Source of the DNA: Planctomycetota bacterium
GTDB taxonomy: Bacteria > Planctomycetota > Phycisphaerae > Sedimentisphaerales > UBA12454
Direction of reading: 5' to 3'
DNA length: 50,603 nt
Assembly (NCBI GenBank): GCA_018828825.1
Contig: JAHJUV010000115.1
Span: 1 to 50,603, forward strand
Shown: positions 20,235 to 28,419 of the stretch, one piece after another
Position numbering within the stretch: position 1 is the stretch's first letter
Layout of the letters: each line of letters opens with the position of its first letter
Program-made: the position numbers and the translations under genes
Notes under the pieces: generated by a model
What the model saw: only the letters and a program-made list of their open reading frames with translations
Told to the model about the DNA's origin: nothing
Database searches by the model: none

Positions 20235-21191
20235 TTAAATGGTGCCTTTGTAAAATTCAGCAGTTTTAAGAATCCCTTCCTCCATGTCAATTTTGGCTTC
20301 AAAGCCTATTAGCTTTTTTGCTTTTGCAACACTAGGCACTCGCAATTCAACATCTGCATAATTTTTATTTACAAAAACAATTTTAGATTTCGAATTAAGC
20401 ACCCTGACAACTGTTTGAGCCAATCCGAAAATTGTAACAACGGCTCTGGCGTTGCCGATATTAAAGGATTCCCCAACAGCCTTGGGGTGGGTAATAGCAA
20501 GGATAAGACCATCAATAAAATCGTCAATATAACACCACGCTCGAATCTGATTTCCATCGCCGTGAATCTGTATCTGTTCATTTTTGATAGCGAGCTGAAT
20601 GAACGCTCTAAGGGCACCCTCTCCCACCTGACCGGGCCCATATACATTAAACGGGCGAACGCTTACAACAGGCATTTGAAATTCATGATAATAAGCAGCT
20701 GCCAAATGTTCGCCTGCCAGTTTGCTTACAGCGTAAGTCCATCTGGCTTCGCCAACAGCCCCTATATGAGTCGTCTGCATCTCCTCTGCGCGAAAAGCAG
20801 ACTGCCCAAATACTTCGCTGGTAGAAAAATCCACCAGTCGGTCAAGTCGTGATAATTCTTGTGCCGCCTCAAGAACATTTGCTGTACCAATCATATTTAC
20901 CCGCATTGTTTCTGTCGGTTTTTTTATCACCGTATCAATGCCAGCTATCGCGGCACAATGAACTACAATATCAGCACCCGTCATAGCTTCTTTCAGAGAA
21001 GAATAATCTAAAACATCTCCGTTGATAATTTTCAGATTGGGATGGTTTTTATAAGACTTGCCCGCAAGCGAATCACGACGAAAATTATCGTAAACAACTA
21101 TATTATTATCCTTAATAAGCCGTTCAATCAATGTAGAACCGATAAATCCCGCACCACCTGTAATGAAAATTTTACGATTTTTGATAATCAT
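20235..21191 (-). CDS. SDR-family NAD-dependent sugar epimerase/dehydratase
   Basis: Rossmann motif [10 protein letters not shown] and catalytic YAVSK. Confidence 0.85.
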   Translation of the reverse strand: MIIKNRKIFITGGAGFIGSTLIERLIKDNNIVVYDNFRRDSLAGKSYKNHPNLKIINGDVLDYSSLKEAMTGADIVVHCAAIAGIDTVIKKPTETMRVNMIGTANVLEAAQELSRLDRLVDFSTSEVFGQSAFRAEEMQTTHIGAVGEARWTYAVSKLAGEHLAAAYYHEFQMPVVSVRPFNVYGPGQVGEGALRAFIQLAIKNEQIQIHGDGNQIRAWCYIDDFIDGLILAITHPKAVGESFNIGNARAVVTIFGLAQTVVRVLNSKSKIVFVNKNYADVELRVPSVAKAKKLIGFEAKIDMEEGILKTAEFYKGTI

Positions 21192-22626
21192 TGGAATAAC
21201 CCTTCAATACCGTAACTTTGTTTAATACAGCAGACTTTCTGACAATATACCATGTTACAACTGCTGTCATCAAGACAAATCCAACTATATTAGAGATAGC
21301 ATTTGTCCACACAGCTCCAACAAGACTATATTTTGGAACAAGAATCAATCCCCCAATTAGCGTTACCACGAGCACCACCGCTCCTACGATAGCCGAAGCC
21401 GTAAAAGCCCGGCACGCAGTGCCGACAAATCCCATCAGGGAAGACAATCCGACAAAAACACTTGCCCCTGCAAATATCCACAAAACTTCAACAAATTGAG
21501 CATGTTGTGGGCTGAATAATAACTGTAAAATCATTTTGCCATATAATAGACATACAAAAAAAGCGGGGATACAAATAACCACAACAACCAGTGCTGCTTT
21601 TACTACAAGAGGCCATATTGCTGATGGTGTATTATCAAAATAATCGGTCATTCTGGGCAGCAATGCGTTGCCAATGGCCACGAAAATCATCGCCATGGCC
21701 ACACTTACATAACTCATCGAACCAAAATATCCTACGTAATCTTCACCATAATAGGCTGCGATTATGTATCTTGGCAAATTAACATTGAGCGTTATAAACA
21801 CTGTGGAAATAACCAGTGGCACTGACTGCTTTGCAAGTGCCGCGATATTTTTAAAGTTCAGATGTCCATATAATGGATAATATTTTTTTGTTTTGGGTAA
21901 ATCATACAATAATGTCATGCTACCATACAATACTAACCAGCCGAACATTGTTATGGTCAGACTGTGAGTAAACCATAGCAAAATAACTGTCACAATCAAT
22001 GCTCCTATTGCTTTCACCCCCTTGCTGATTCCAATATATTTCATGTTCTCCTTCTTTTGAAAAGCAGCATAACAAATATCCGAGACAAAATCGAAAGCCT
22101 TAAAACCGGCAATAAAGCCAAATGCATATAAAAATGATTTGTCATATGAAGACTCATATAGCATCAAATAAAAGCCTATCAACAGACAAACAATTACTGA
22201 GACAGCACAGGAAATAATACGAAGATAAAGATAGTTATAAAATTTGTACAGATTAAAACTGTCGGTGATCAAAAGCGCTCTTAGACCCAATGAAGTAAAA
22301 ACTGCAACCGGTGTAACTATTCCCAGACAGAGAAGAAATCTTCCCTGAATTTGTGCTGAGCCGAGTTTTGCCAGCACTATAAGAACGGCAAATAACGATA
22401 GTTCTGTAACAATATTACCTGTCAGTAGCCACGAAAAGTTTTTTCTAATCGAAGACGATGTATAAATATCCAACACTGCATCCATCGCCTCTGTGGCAAT
22501 TTCGACAGTAGCCTCATTTGACAACGGTATAAAGGTTTCAGGATTGTTGTTTTTCATTAAAATTTTCCCAAGGCAGAAAATTATAAAATATAAAAGCAAT
22601 GCTTTTATGCGACAACCGGCTGACAT
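21172..22626 (-). CDS. Wzx-like polysaccharide flippase (MOP superfamily)
   Basis: About 12-14 TM helices across the whole length, at the head of the glycosyltransferase block. The real start may be the internal MKNNNPETF (22557). Confidence 0.7.
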   Translation of the reverse strand: MSAGCRIKALLLYFIIFCLGKILMKNNNPETFIPLSNEATVEIATEAMDAVLDIYTSSSIRKNFSWLLTGNIVTELSLFAVLIVLAKLGSAQIQGRFLLCLGIVTPVAVFTSLGLRALLITDSFNLYKFYNYLYLRIISCAVSVIVCLLIGFYLMLYESSYDKSFLYAFGFIAGFKAFDFVSDICYAAFQKKENMKYIGISKGVKAIGALIVTVILLWFTHSLTITMFGWLVLYGSMTLLYDLPKTKKYYPLYGHLNFKNIAALAKQSVPLVISTVFITLNVNLPRYIIAAYYGEDYVGYFGSMSYVSVAMAMIFVAIGNALLPRMTDYFDNTPSAIWPLVVKAALVVVVICIPAFFVCLLYGKMILQLLFSPQHAQFVEVLWIFAGASVFVGLSSLMGFVGTACRAFTASAIVGAVVLVVTLIGGLILVPKYSLVGAVWTNAISNIVGFVLMTAVVTWYIVRKSAVLNKVTVLKGYSNDYQKS

Positions 22627-22749
22627 TACAATATCTTGCCGACTACTGAATGTCTGTTTACAATTTATTGTCGTCTTAAATTCAAAAAACGGCTCGCATT
22701 AAAAAACTTTACAGAATTACTGTTTGTTTTTATAAGTCATCCCAAAACC

Positions 22750-23041
22750 TCAAAAAACGCCATTTATGGCATTGAAACCGCCAATAATGGGGGTTTTGGG
22801 ATAGGTTCTAGTAACATAGTCAACCGCCTGTTTTCCATCCGCACGTTTGAGCTTTTCCAGATGCCTGTTGAATCTTTCGAATTCAGTAAAGAAATCCGCA
22901 TCCGGAAAATAGGAATCAAGAATTCCTACAGAATCCGTTTTGTCAAGTGCGGCAACAAGAACATTTCCAGTATCTTTTATCGCCTTCAAATGACACGGTG
23001 CAATATATCCTCCGACTCCAACTATTGCAAAATTTCTTCAT
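22750..23041 (-). pseudogene. Frameshifted, 3'-truncated remnant of a wbpB-like Gfo/Idh/MocA oxidoreductase
   Basis: Removing one T from the TTTT run (plus-strand AAAA, 23029-23032) gives [75 protein letters not shown]. That aligns residue-for-residue with the N-terminus of the intact gene at 30334-31287. Similarity stops near 22817. Confidence 0.8.
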
Positions 23042-23066
23042 AATTAAATTTAGCTCATTGACAAGT

Positions 23067-24212
23067 AAATTACGGTTTTTCATATCTTCTGCAAAGGATT
23101 CCAAATGATGCACTCCGGACTTTTCGACTGGCAAACCCGTTTCCAGCAACTCGACAACGGCGGCGACCCACTGGTAAAACTCAACCAAATAGTCAATTGG
23201 GAACTGTTCCGCTCGCCTCTTGAAACCATTCGGGATATCGAACGAAAATCCAATGCGGGTAGAAAGCCTTTCGATGTTATCGTTATGTTCAAGATAATGA
23301 TATTGCAGTCGCTGTACAACCTCTCTGATGATCGGATTGAATTTCAAGTGCGAGACAGGCTTTCCTTTATGAGATTTTTGGGGCTGTCTTTGAGCGATAT
23401 AGTTCCAGATGCAAAAACCATTTGGCTGTTCAGAAAACAATTGACCGAAGCAAAACTTATCAAAAAGCTGTTTAACCAGTTCGATGATTTTCTTCGTGAA
23501 AACGGCTTCTCTGCTAAAAAAGGCCAAATAGTTGATGCGAGTATTATAGCCGCTCCAAAGCAGCGAAACAGCAGGGAAGAAAACAAGGATATAAAGGATG
23601 GCAATACCCCGCAGGATTGGTCTGTGAGCAAGAAACGCCAGAAGGACACAGATGCTCGCTGGACAAGAAAAGGTGGACAGAATCATTACGGCTACAAGAA
23701 TCATATTGATATAGATGTTGAGCATAAACTGATTCGTGATTATGAAGTAACACCAGCTTCGATGCATGACAGTAATGTTTTTGAAGAACTTCTCGATGGA
23801 AACAACAGCAGCAGCGATGTATATGCGGATTCCGCTTACGGCTCTAATGACAAACTCGATGCTTTGAATAAACGCGGTTTTCGCGGCCATATTCAGCGAA
23901 AGGGTTATCGTTATAAGAAACTTAATGAACGCCAGATAAAAAGCAATTATCGCCGGGCAAAAATTCGCAGCCGAGTGGAACATATTTTTGGAGTCCAGGC
24001 AATGCGAGCCGGCAATTTGCTCATAAGAACGATAGGCATAATCAGGGCGAAGGCCAGGATAGGTTTGCGAAATCTTGCGTATAATATAGACAGATACTGT
24101 CTGCTGGCACAGACTTAGCGGCAGGTAGAATGGTGGTTTGGCCCAAAGGCCGCCTATTACCGACTGATAAAGCTGAAAACAGCCAGCTGTACAGTGTGAA
24201 TAACCGTAATTT
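23067..24212 (+). mobile_element. IS5-family insertion sequence (boundaries approximate)
   Basis: Imperfect terminal inverted repeats: AAATTACGGTTTTTCATA at 23067-23084 against the reverse complement of 24195-24212 (AAATTACGGTTATTCACA), 16/18 matches. They enclose a single DDE transposase ORF. No flanking direct repeat was found. Confidence 0.7.
23105..24118 (+). CDS. IS5-family DDE transposase
   Basis: InsH-like N-terminal region (GRKPFDVIVMFKIMILQSLYNLSDDRIEFQVRDRLSFMRFLGL) and a C-terminal DDE region (VYADSAYGS...RSRVEHIFG). Confidence 0.9.
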   Translation: MMHSGLFDWQTRFQQLDNGGDPLVKLNQIVNWELFRSPLETIRDIERKSNAGRKPFDVIVMFKIMILQSLYNLSDDRIEFQVRDRLSFMRFLGLSLSDIVPDAKTIWLFRKQLTEAKLIKKLFNQFDDFLRENGFSAKKGQIVDASIIAAPKQRNSREENKDIKDGNTPQDWSVSKKRQKDTDARWTRKGGQNHYGYKNHIDIDVEHKLIRDYEVTPASMHDSNVFEELLDGNNSSSDVYADSAYGSNDKLDALNKRGFRGHIQRKGYRYKKLNERQIKSNYRRAKIRSRVEHIFGVQAMRAGNLLIRTIGIIRAKARIGLRNLAYNIDRYCLLAQT

Positions 24213-24264
24213 TGTGATAATATGTTCAAAATTTTACTCAAAAGATATTAGCTGAAAATTTGAG

Positions 24265-24288
24265 CCTCTAAAATACGATTTTTAGAGG
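24265..24288 (-). terminator. Weak hairpin downstream of the FN3-protein gene
   Basis: CCTCTAAAA-N6-TTTTAGAGG perfect 9-bp stem, 12 nt after the stop at 24301. On the minus strand it is followed by CTCAAATTTT. AT-rich stem, so weak. Confidence 0.3.
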
Positions 24289-24300
24289 TGGCCTTCATAC

Positions 24301-24906
24301 TTACAGCACTACCATAACAGTATTCGACGGTTCGCCATCGCCGGATTTGTTGACTGCTACAATTCTATACTCAAGTTCCTTGCTTCGCGGCTGCTCAACC
24401 AATGTTGCTTCGCTGATTACAGCTGTTGCAACTTCTTCCCAGGCTCCGGCAGGCCTTTCACGCCTCATTACCTTATAAGCTGCAGGAACACCGCCATCGG
24501 CAGGGGCTTTCCAGTCGAGAAATACCCAGCCTTCACTCTGATTAGGCGCCTCCAAAAGTCGATGGCCGGGAGGAGTTAAAGCAGTGGCGGTCTTGCGGCC
24601 TGCCCAGCCGATAAGTTTAAGTTTATTATCATCGTAGTTGACTGTATTTTCTGCATATCGAATATTCGATTTTAAAGCTTCAATCAAATCTTCCAATGCT
24701 TCATCTTTTGCAGTTGTTGCCGCTTCTGCACAAGCTTTTTTCGCCAGCGAAGTTTCAAGCTTGTTTTTATACGCTAACGACTTTATCCTCAGGGCCATCA
24801 GATTAACCGGCGGATTGGGATAAATAACGCTATTCAACTGCAAACCACGCCATAACGGCTCTGCTAACGCGGCAACTTCTGCTTCTTTTATAGGAAATCT
24901 TGGCAT
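24301..24906 (-). CDS. Helical N-domain plus fibronectin type III domain protein, function unknown
   Basis: C-terminal FN3-like sequence (GWVFLDWKAPADGGVPAAYKVMRRERPAGAWEEV...YRIVAVNKSGDGEPS). Start placed at MPRFPIKEAE by comparison with the duplicated fragment at 28207-28419. Confidence 0.7.
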   Translation of the reverse strand: MPRFPIKEAEVAALAEPLWRGLQLNSVIYPNPPVNLMALRIKSLAYKNKLETSLAKKACAEAATTAKDEALEDLIEALKSNIRYAENTVNYDDNKLKLIGWAGRKTATALTPPGHRLLEAPNQSEGWVFLDWKAPADGGVPAAYKVMRRERPAGAWEEVATAVISEATLVEQPRSKELEYRIVAVNKSGDGEPSNTVMVVL

Positions 24907-24993
24907 ATTATTCTGGATGTGAATTGCGATGATTAATACAGACAATTTAGCTTTCAGATTCAAGCTTTCAATCTCATAAACGCCTTATGGGAC

Positions 24994-25317
24994 TCATAAT
25001 ATCTGTCCCTGTTTTCTGACATTTAACACCAGAGGCGATTCACTCATAGGGCTATTCCGGACATCATCGAAGCTATAGCAAATGGCAGAAAAAACCCTGC
25101 CGCATTTTAATTCTGCGTCAAAACACAGCTTTATAATCTCCTTTTCGATTTGCCAGTCAACCTTCGGCAGCACTACAAATATATCAATATCAGAGGCTTC
25201 ATCCATTTCTCCGCGCGCTGCCGAGCCATACAAAAGCACTTCTTCTGCCCCAAATTGTTCCCGAAACGCTTTGGCCAATTCCGCCAAACTTTGATTTTCT
25301 AATTCAGACAGTTTCAT
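24994..25317 (-). CDS. Nucleotidyltransferase-domain protein (MNT / Pol-beta fold)
   Basis: GS...D.D signature LLYGSAARGEMDEASDIDIFVVL. Small size (107 aa). Confidence 0.8.
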   Translation of the reverse strand: MKLSELENQSLAELAKAFREQFGAEEVLLYGSAARGEMDEASDIDIFVVLPKVDWQIEKEIIKLCFDAELKCGRVFSAICYSFDDVRNSPMSESPLVLNVRKQGQIL

Positions 25318-25329
25318 TTATATCGTCAA

Positions 25330-26271
25330 TTAGCTTTTTCCACTAAACCACTCAACAAACTTTTTCAATCCGACTGCAATTTCAGTCTTCGGATTATAGC
25401 CGAGCAGTTTTTTTGCCTTGTCCACATTCGCAAACGTCCTTTCAACATCGCCGGGTTGCGACGGCAGACGTTCTATAATCGCTTTTTTACCAAGCGCTTT
25501 TTCAATCTCTTTAATTAAATCATCGAGTCTAACAGGCCTTGATTCGCCGAGATTATAAATCTCATAACCGCTGCAATTGTCGATAGCGCCGGTTACCCCG
25601 TCAATAATATCATCTATATAAGTAAAATCCCGCATCATCGAGCCGACACCGAACATCGGGAGCGGCCTGTCGGCTTCGATAAGTTTCACAAATTTATGAA
25701 TAGCTAAATCCGGCCGCTGGCGAGGGCCATAGACAGTAAATAACCGCAAACAGCTAATATCAATCTTATACAAATGATGATATGTATAACAGATAAGTTC
25801 GCCGGCCTTTTTTGTCGCTGCGTAAGGAGAAATCGGGAAATCCACATTATCGGTTTCAGAAAACGGAACTTTTTTATTGTTGCCGTACACGCTTGAACTG
25901 GAAGCGAAAATAAATTTCTTAACATTAAACTTTTTTGCCGCCTCAAGCATTACCAGCGTTCCATTGATATTCACATCAGCATAACCAGTGGGGTCTTCAA
26001 TTGACGGCCTGACACCTGCTTTTGCCGCAAGATGGACAATTATATCAATGCTCTCTTTGCAGATTGACTGAACACTACCAGCAGCATCTCTTATATCGCC
26101 TTCGATAAGTTTAAATCTGTTCGATGATTTTAAAAGAGCGTTGATATTCGACTCTTTTGTCTTTCTGTCGTAGAAAGCATCAAAATTATCGAGTCCGATG
26201 ACAGTGTTGCCTTGCGAAATCAGCCTTTCGCAGAGATGCGAGCCGATAAAACCGGCAGCACCAGTGACCAA
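25330..26271 (-). CDS. SDR-family NAD-dependent epimerase, UDP-glucuronate 4-epimerase-like
   Basis: TGAAGFIGS, SSSSVYG, YAATK and FTVYGPRQRPDLAIHKF blocks. There is no ATG start. Candidates are TTG at 26271 or CTG at 26283, which would give MKAILVTGAAGFIGS. Confidence 0.8.
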   Translation of the reverse strand: MVTGAAGFIGSHLCERLISQGNTVIGLDNFDAFYDRKTKESNINALLKSSNRFKLIEGDIRDAAGSVQSICKESIDIIVHLAAKAGVRPSIEDPTGYADVNINGTLVMLEAAKKFNVKKFIFASSSSVYGNNKKVPFSETDNVDFPISPYAATKKAGELICYTYHHLYKIDISCLRLFTVYGPRQRPDLAIHKFVKLIEADRPLPMFGVGSMMRDFTYIDDIIDGVTGAIDNCSGYEIYNLGESRPVRLDDLIKEIEKALGKKAIIERLPSQPGDVERTFANVDKAKKLLGYNPKTEIAVGLKKFVEWFSGKS

Positions 26272-26275
26272 AATA

Positions 26276-26303
26276 GCTTTCAGCTTTCAGCCCTCAGCTT
26301 TCA
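26276..26303. repeat. Tandem heptanucleotide array (GCTTTCA x4, one GCCCTCA variant)
   Basis: TCAG recurs with exact 7-nt period at 26280, 26287, 26294 and 26301. The array spans the stop of the four-helix-bundle gene and the start region of the epimerase. Confidence 0.9.
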
Positions 26304-26646
26304 GTTTTTTAATATAACCAGTTAGCATTTTTTTGATTTCGACAATCTTGTCTTCTAATTCTTTATGAACAGAAGCAGGTATATAACCCAAGTCATCTGA
26401 TAATAATAGTTGATACTCAACTTCGCTGGCCGAGCCCATTGAAATCGTCATAAAATATTTCAACTCTTTATCGCCGCTGCGACAGGCTCCCTCTGCAATA
26501 TTACTCGAAATTGAAACAGCCGAACGGCGAAGCTGGCTCGTCAATCCATAAATTTCTTCCTTTGGAAAATTGAGTGCAATTTTATAAACACTCAAAACCA
26601 AATGGTGAGATTTCTGCCAAACTTTTATTTCCCTAAAATCTCTAAT
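26287..26646 (-). CDS. Four-helix-bundle protein (23S rRNA intervening-sequence protein family)
   Basis: Family-typical sequence RDFREIKVWQKSHHLVLSVYKI...LTSQLRRSAVSISSNIAEG...GSASEVEYQLLLS. The conserved N-terminus lies upstream of the TTG at 26601. The only plausible initiator there is ATT at 26646, so this is either a non-canonical start or a pseudogene. Confidence 0.7.
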   Translation of the reverse strand: MRDFREIKVWQKSHHLVLSVYKIALNFPKEEIYGLTSQLRRSAVSISSNIAEGACRSGDKELKYFMTISMGSASEVEYQLLLSDDLGYIPASVHKELEDKIVEIKKMLTGYIKKLKAEG

Positions 26647-26663
26647 TGTGCATTTCCCAAGAA

Positions 26664-26705
26664 CTGATAACTGACAACTGACAGCTGAGAACTGAATGCT
26701 GACAG
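26664..26705. repeat. Tandem heptanucleotide array (CTGANNN x6), inverted relative to the 26276-26303 array
   Basis: CTGA recurs with exact 7-nt period at 26664, 26671, 26678, 26685, 26692 and 26699 (CTGATAA CTGACAA CTGACAG CTGAGAA CTGAATG CTGACAG). Confidence 0.9.
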
Positions 26706-26709
26706 CTAT

Positions 26710-28011
26710 TTACGCTCTTCCTACGCAATAATACTCAAACCCAAGCTTTTTAACGTATGTCGGCTCATAAAGATTGCGGCCATCAAAGATAACAGGTTTT
26801 TTAAGTTTGTCTTTTATCAAATCAAAGTCAGGCATTCTAAACTGCTGCCAATCGGTAAAAATTACAAGTGCATCAGCGCCATCAATCGCCTGATAATCAT
26901 TTTGGGACATTTCAATACTTTGCTTCAACGCCGATTTGGCGGTTTCCATCGCTTCAGGGTCAAAGGCCTTTACTTTGATGCCGGCTTTCAAAAATTTATT
27001 TATGCACCAGATTGCCGGCGACTCTCTTACATCGTCGGTTTTCGCCTTAAAGGCAAGTCCCCAAACCGCAAGGGTGGTTTTATTTTCTCTGCCCTTGAAA
27101 TAACTCAATACTTTATTTGCGAATCTGTCGTGCTGCGAATAATTGGCCTGCTGAACCGCTTCGGCGATTGTTTGGGGACAGGCCATTTGTCTGCCCATAT
27201 AAATCATAGCCTTGACATCTTTAGGAAAACAACTGCCGCCGTAGCCTGCGCCGGCAAACAGAAATGAATTGCCGATGCGCGGGTCCGAGCCGATTCCTGC
27301 GCGGACTTTTTCAATGTCTGCGCCATATCTTTCGCACAGGCCGGAAAGCTCGTTCATAAATGATATTCGCGTTGCCAGCATTACGTTGGCCGCATATTTT
27401 GCGGTCTCTGCGCTGGCGGCGTCCATAAAAATTATTCTGCTGCCTTTGCGCATAAACGGCGAATAAAGCTGCTTCATTGTTTCCTGAACTTCCGCGTTGT
27501 CCGTACCAATGATAACCCTGTCCGGTTTGGCAAAATCGTCAACAGCAGAGCCTTCTTTCAAAAATTCCGGATTGCTTACATAATCAAACGGCACGTTTGT
27601 TTTGCTTTTTATCAAATCAGCCACAATTTTATGCGTACCGATTGGAACTGTGCTTTTTGTAACGATGATTTTGTGCTCCTTCATATACTCAGCGATTTTT
27701 TCACAGACGGCAAGAACCGCTGAAATATCCGCCGAGCCGTCCGGTGCGCTCGGAGTGCCGACGCCGATGATTATAACTTTAGAATTATTAACGGCATATT
27801 TTAAATCCGTTGTGAATGAAAGCCTGCCTGCCCTTTCATTATTTTTGATAATATCGGCAAGACCCGGCTCGTAAATAGGAATGTTCCCTTTTTTGAGATT
27901 ATCGATTTTGTTTTCGTCATTATCGACACAGATTATATGATTGCCGCTTTCCGCAAGACCGCCCGCCGCAACCAAACCGACATAACCAACGCCAACAACT
28001 GTTAATTTCAT
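26710..28011 (-). CDS. ugd: UDP-glucose 6-dehydrogenase
   Basis: MKLTVVGVGYVGLV N-terminus, GGSCFPKD catalytic-Cys motif, and typical length (433 aa). Confidence 0.9.
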   Translation of the reverse strand: MKLTVVGVGYVGLVAAGGLAESGNHIICVDNDENKIDNLKKGNIPIYEPGLADIIKNNERAGRLSFTTDLKYAVNNSKVIIIGVGTPSAPDGSADISAVLAVCEKIAEYMKEHKIIVTKSTVPIGTHKIVADLIKSKTNVPFDYVSNPEFLKEGSAVDDFAKPDRVIIGTDNAEVQETMKQLYSPFMRKGSRIIFMDAASAETAKYAANVMLATRISFMNELSGLCERYGADIEKVRAGIGSDPRIGNSFLFAGAGYGGSCFPKDVKAMIYMGRQMACPQTIAEAVQQANYSQHDRFANKVLSYFKGRENKTTLAVWGLAFKAKTDDVRESPAIWCINKFLKAGIKVKAFDPEAMETAKSALKQSIEMSQNDYQAIDGADALVIFTDWQQFRMPDFDLIKDKLKKPVIFDGRNLYEPTYVKKLGFEYYCVGRA

Positions 28012-28246
28012 ACTTATTCCTTCCTAACCATAAACAACCGCCATCGCGGGCATAATTTACAATTAACGAATCGCTCTGCTGCCATTCCTGAGGAGTCATA
28101 GCAATGGCCTCTATCGGTTCGAATATCTCGTAAATTGCCTCCGACAAAACGTCAATTCTTTCCCAGTAACTTTTATTTTCAAAATCTTTTGATATTACCG
28201 CCACATCTATATCGCTGTCCTGGCGATAATTGCCGCTTCTGCACAA
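27920..28246 (-). pseudogene. 5'-truncated nucleotidyltransferase (MNT-type) gene fragment
   Basis: It encodes ...GNYRQDSDIDVAVISKDFE...IEAIAMTPQEW but lacks the upstream GS part of the motif. Its 5' end is replaced by the FN3-gene fragment. The ORF runs on into the ugd start. Confidence 0.55.
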
Positions 28247-28419
28247 TCTTTTTTCGCCAGCGAAGTTTCAAGCTTGTTTTTATACGCTAACGACTTTATC
28301 CTCAGTGCCATCAGATTAACCGGCGGATTGGGATAAATGGGAATATTCGACAGCAAACCACGAAATAACGGCTCTGCTAACACAGCAATTTCAGCTTCTT
28401 TTTCGGGAAATACTGGCAT
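28207..28419 (-). pseudogene. 5' fragment of a second copy of the FN3-protein gene
   Basis: MPVFPEKEAEIAVLAEPLFRGLL...YPNPPVNLMALRIKSLAYKNKLETSLAKK.CAEAA matches the N-terminus of 24301-24906. About 105 nt are almost identical at the DNA level (2 mismatches by eye). The fragment ends in a premature stop at the junction with the MNT fragment. Confidence 0.75.

Noticed and set aside
22943-24241. A 432-aa minus-strand ORF spanning the whole IS element.
   Set aside because: It is antisense to a clearly recognisable IS5 transposase. It has no recognisable motifs and a low-complexity hydrophobic composition. Its last 32 codons are just the frameshifted start of the wbpB remnant. It is a shadow ORF.
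24717-24906. Possibility that the two FN3-gene copies are a template/variable repeat pair of a diversity-generating retroelement.
   Set aside because: No reverse transcriptase is present in the window. The repeated part is the N-terminal helical region, not a C-terminal ligand-binding region. The mismatches are not adenine-specific (G-to-T changes and block substitutions).
24994-25317. The MNT gene as half of a classical HEPN-MNT toxin-antitoxin pair.
   Set aside because: No neighbouring ORF on either side has a HEPN-like Rx4-6H motif or a suitable size. The adjacent gene is the FN3 protein. The pairing is therefore reported as an open question instead.
26276-26705. Heptad arrays as a possible CRISPR-like array.
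   Set aside because: The period is 7 nt with no spacers. The arrays are only 28 and 42 nt long. No cas genes are present.
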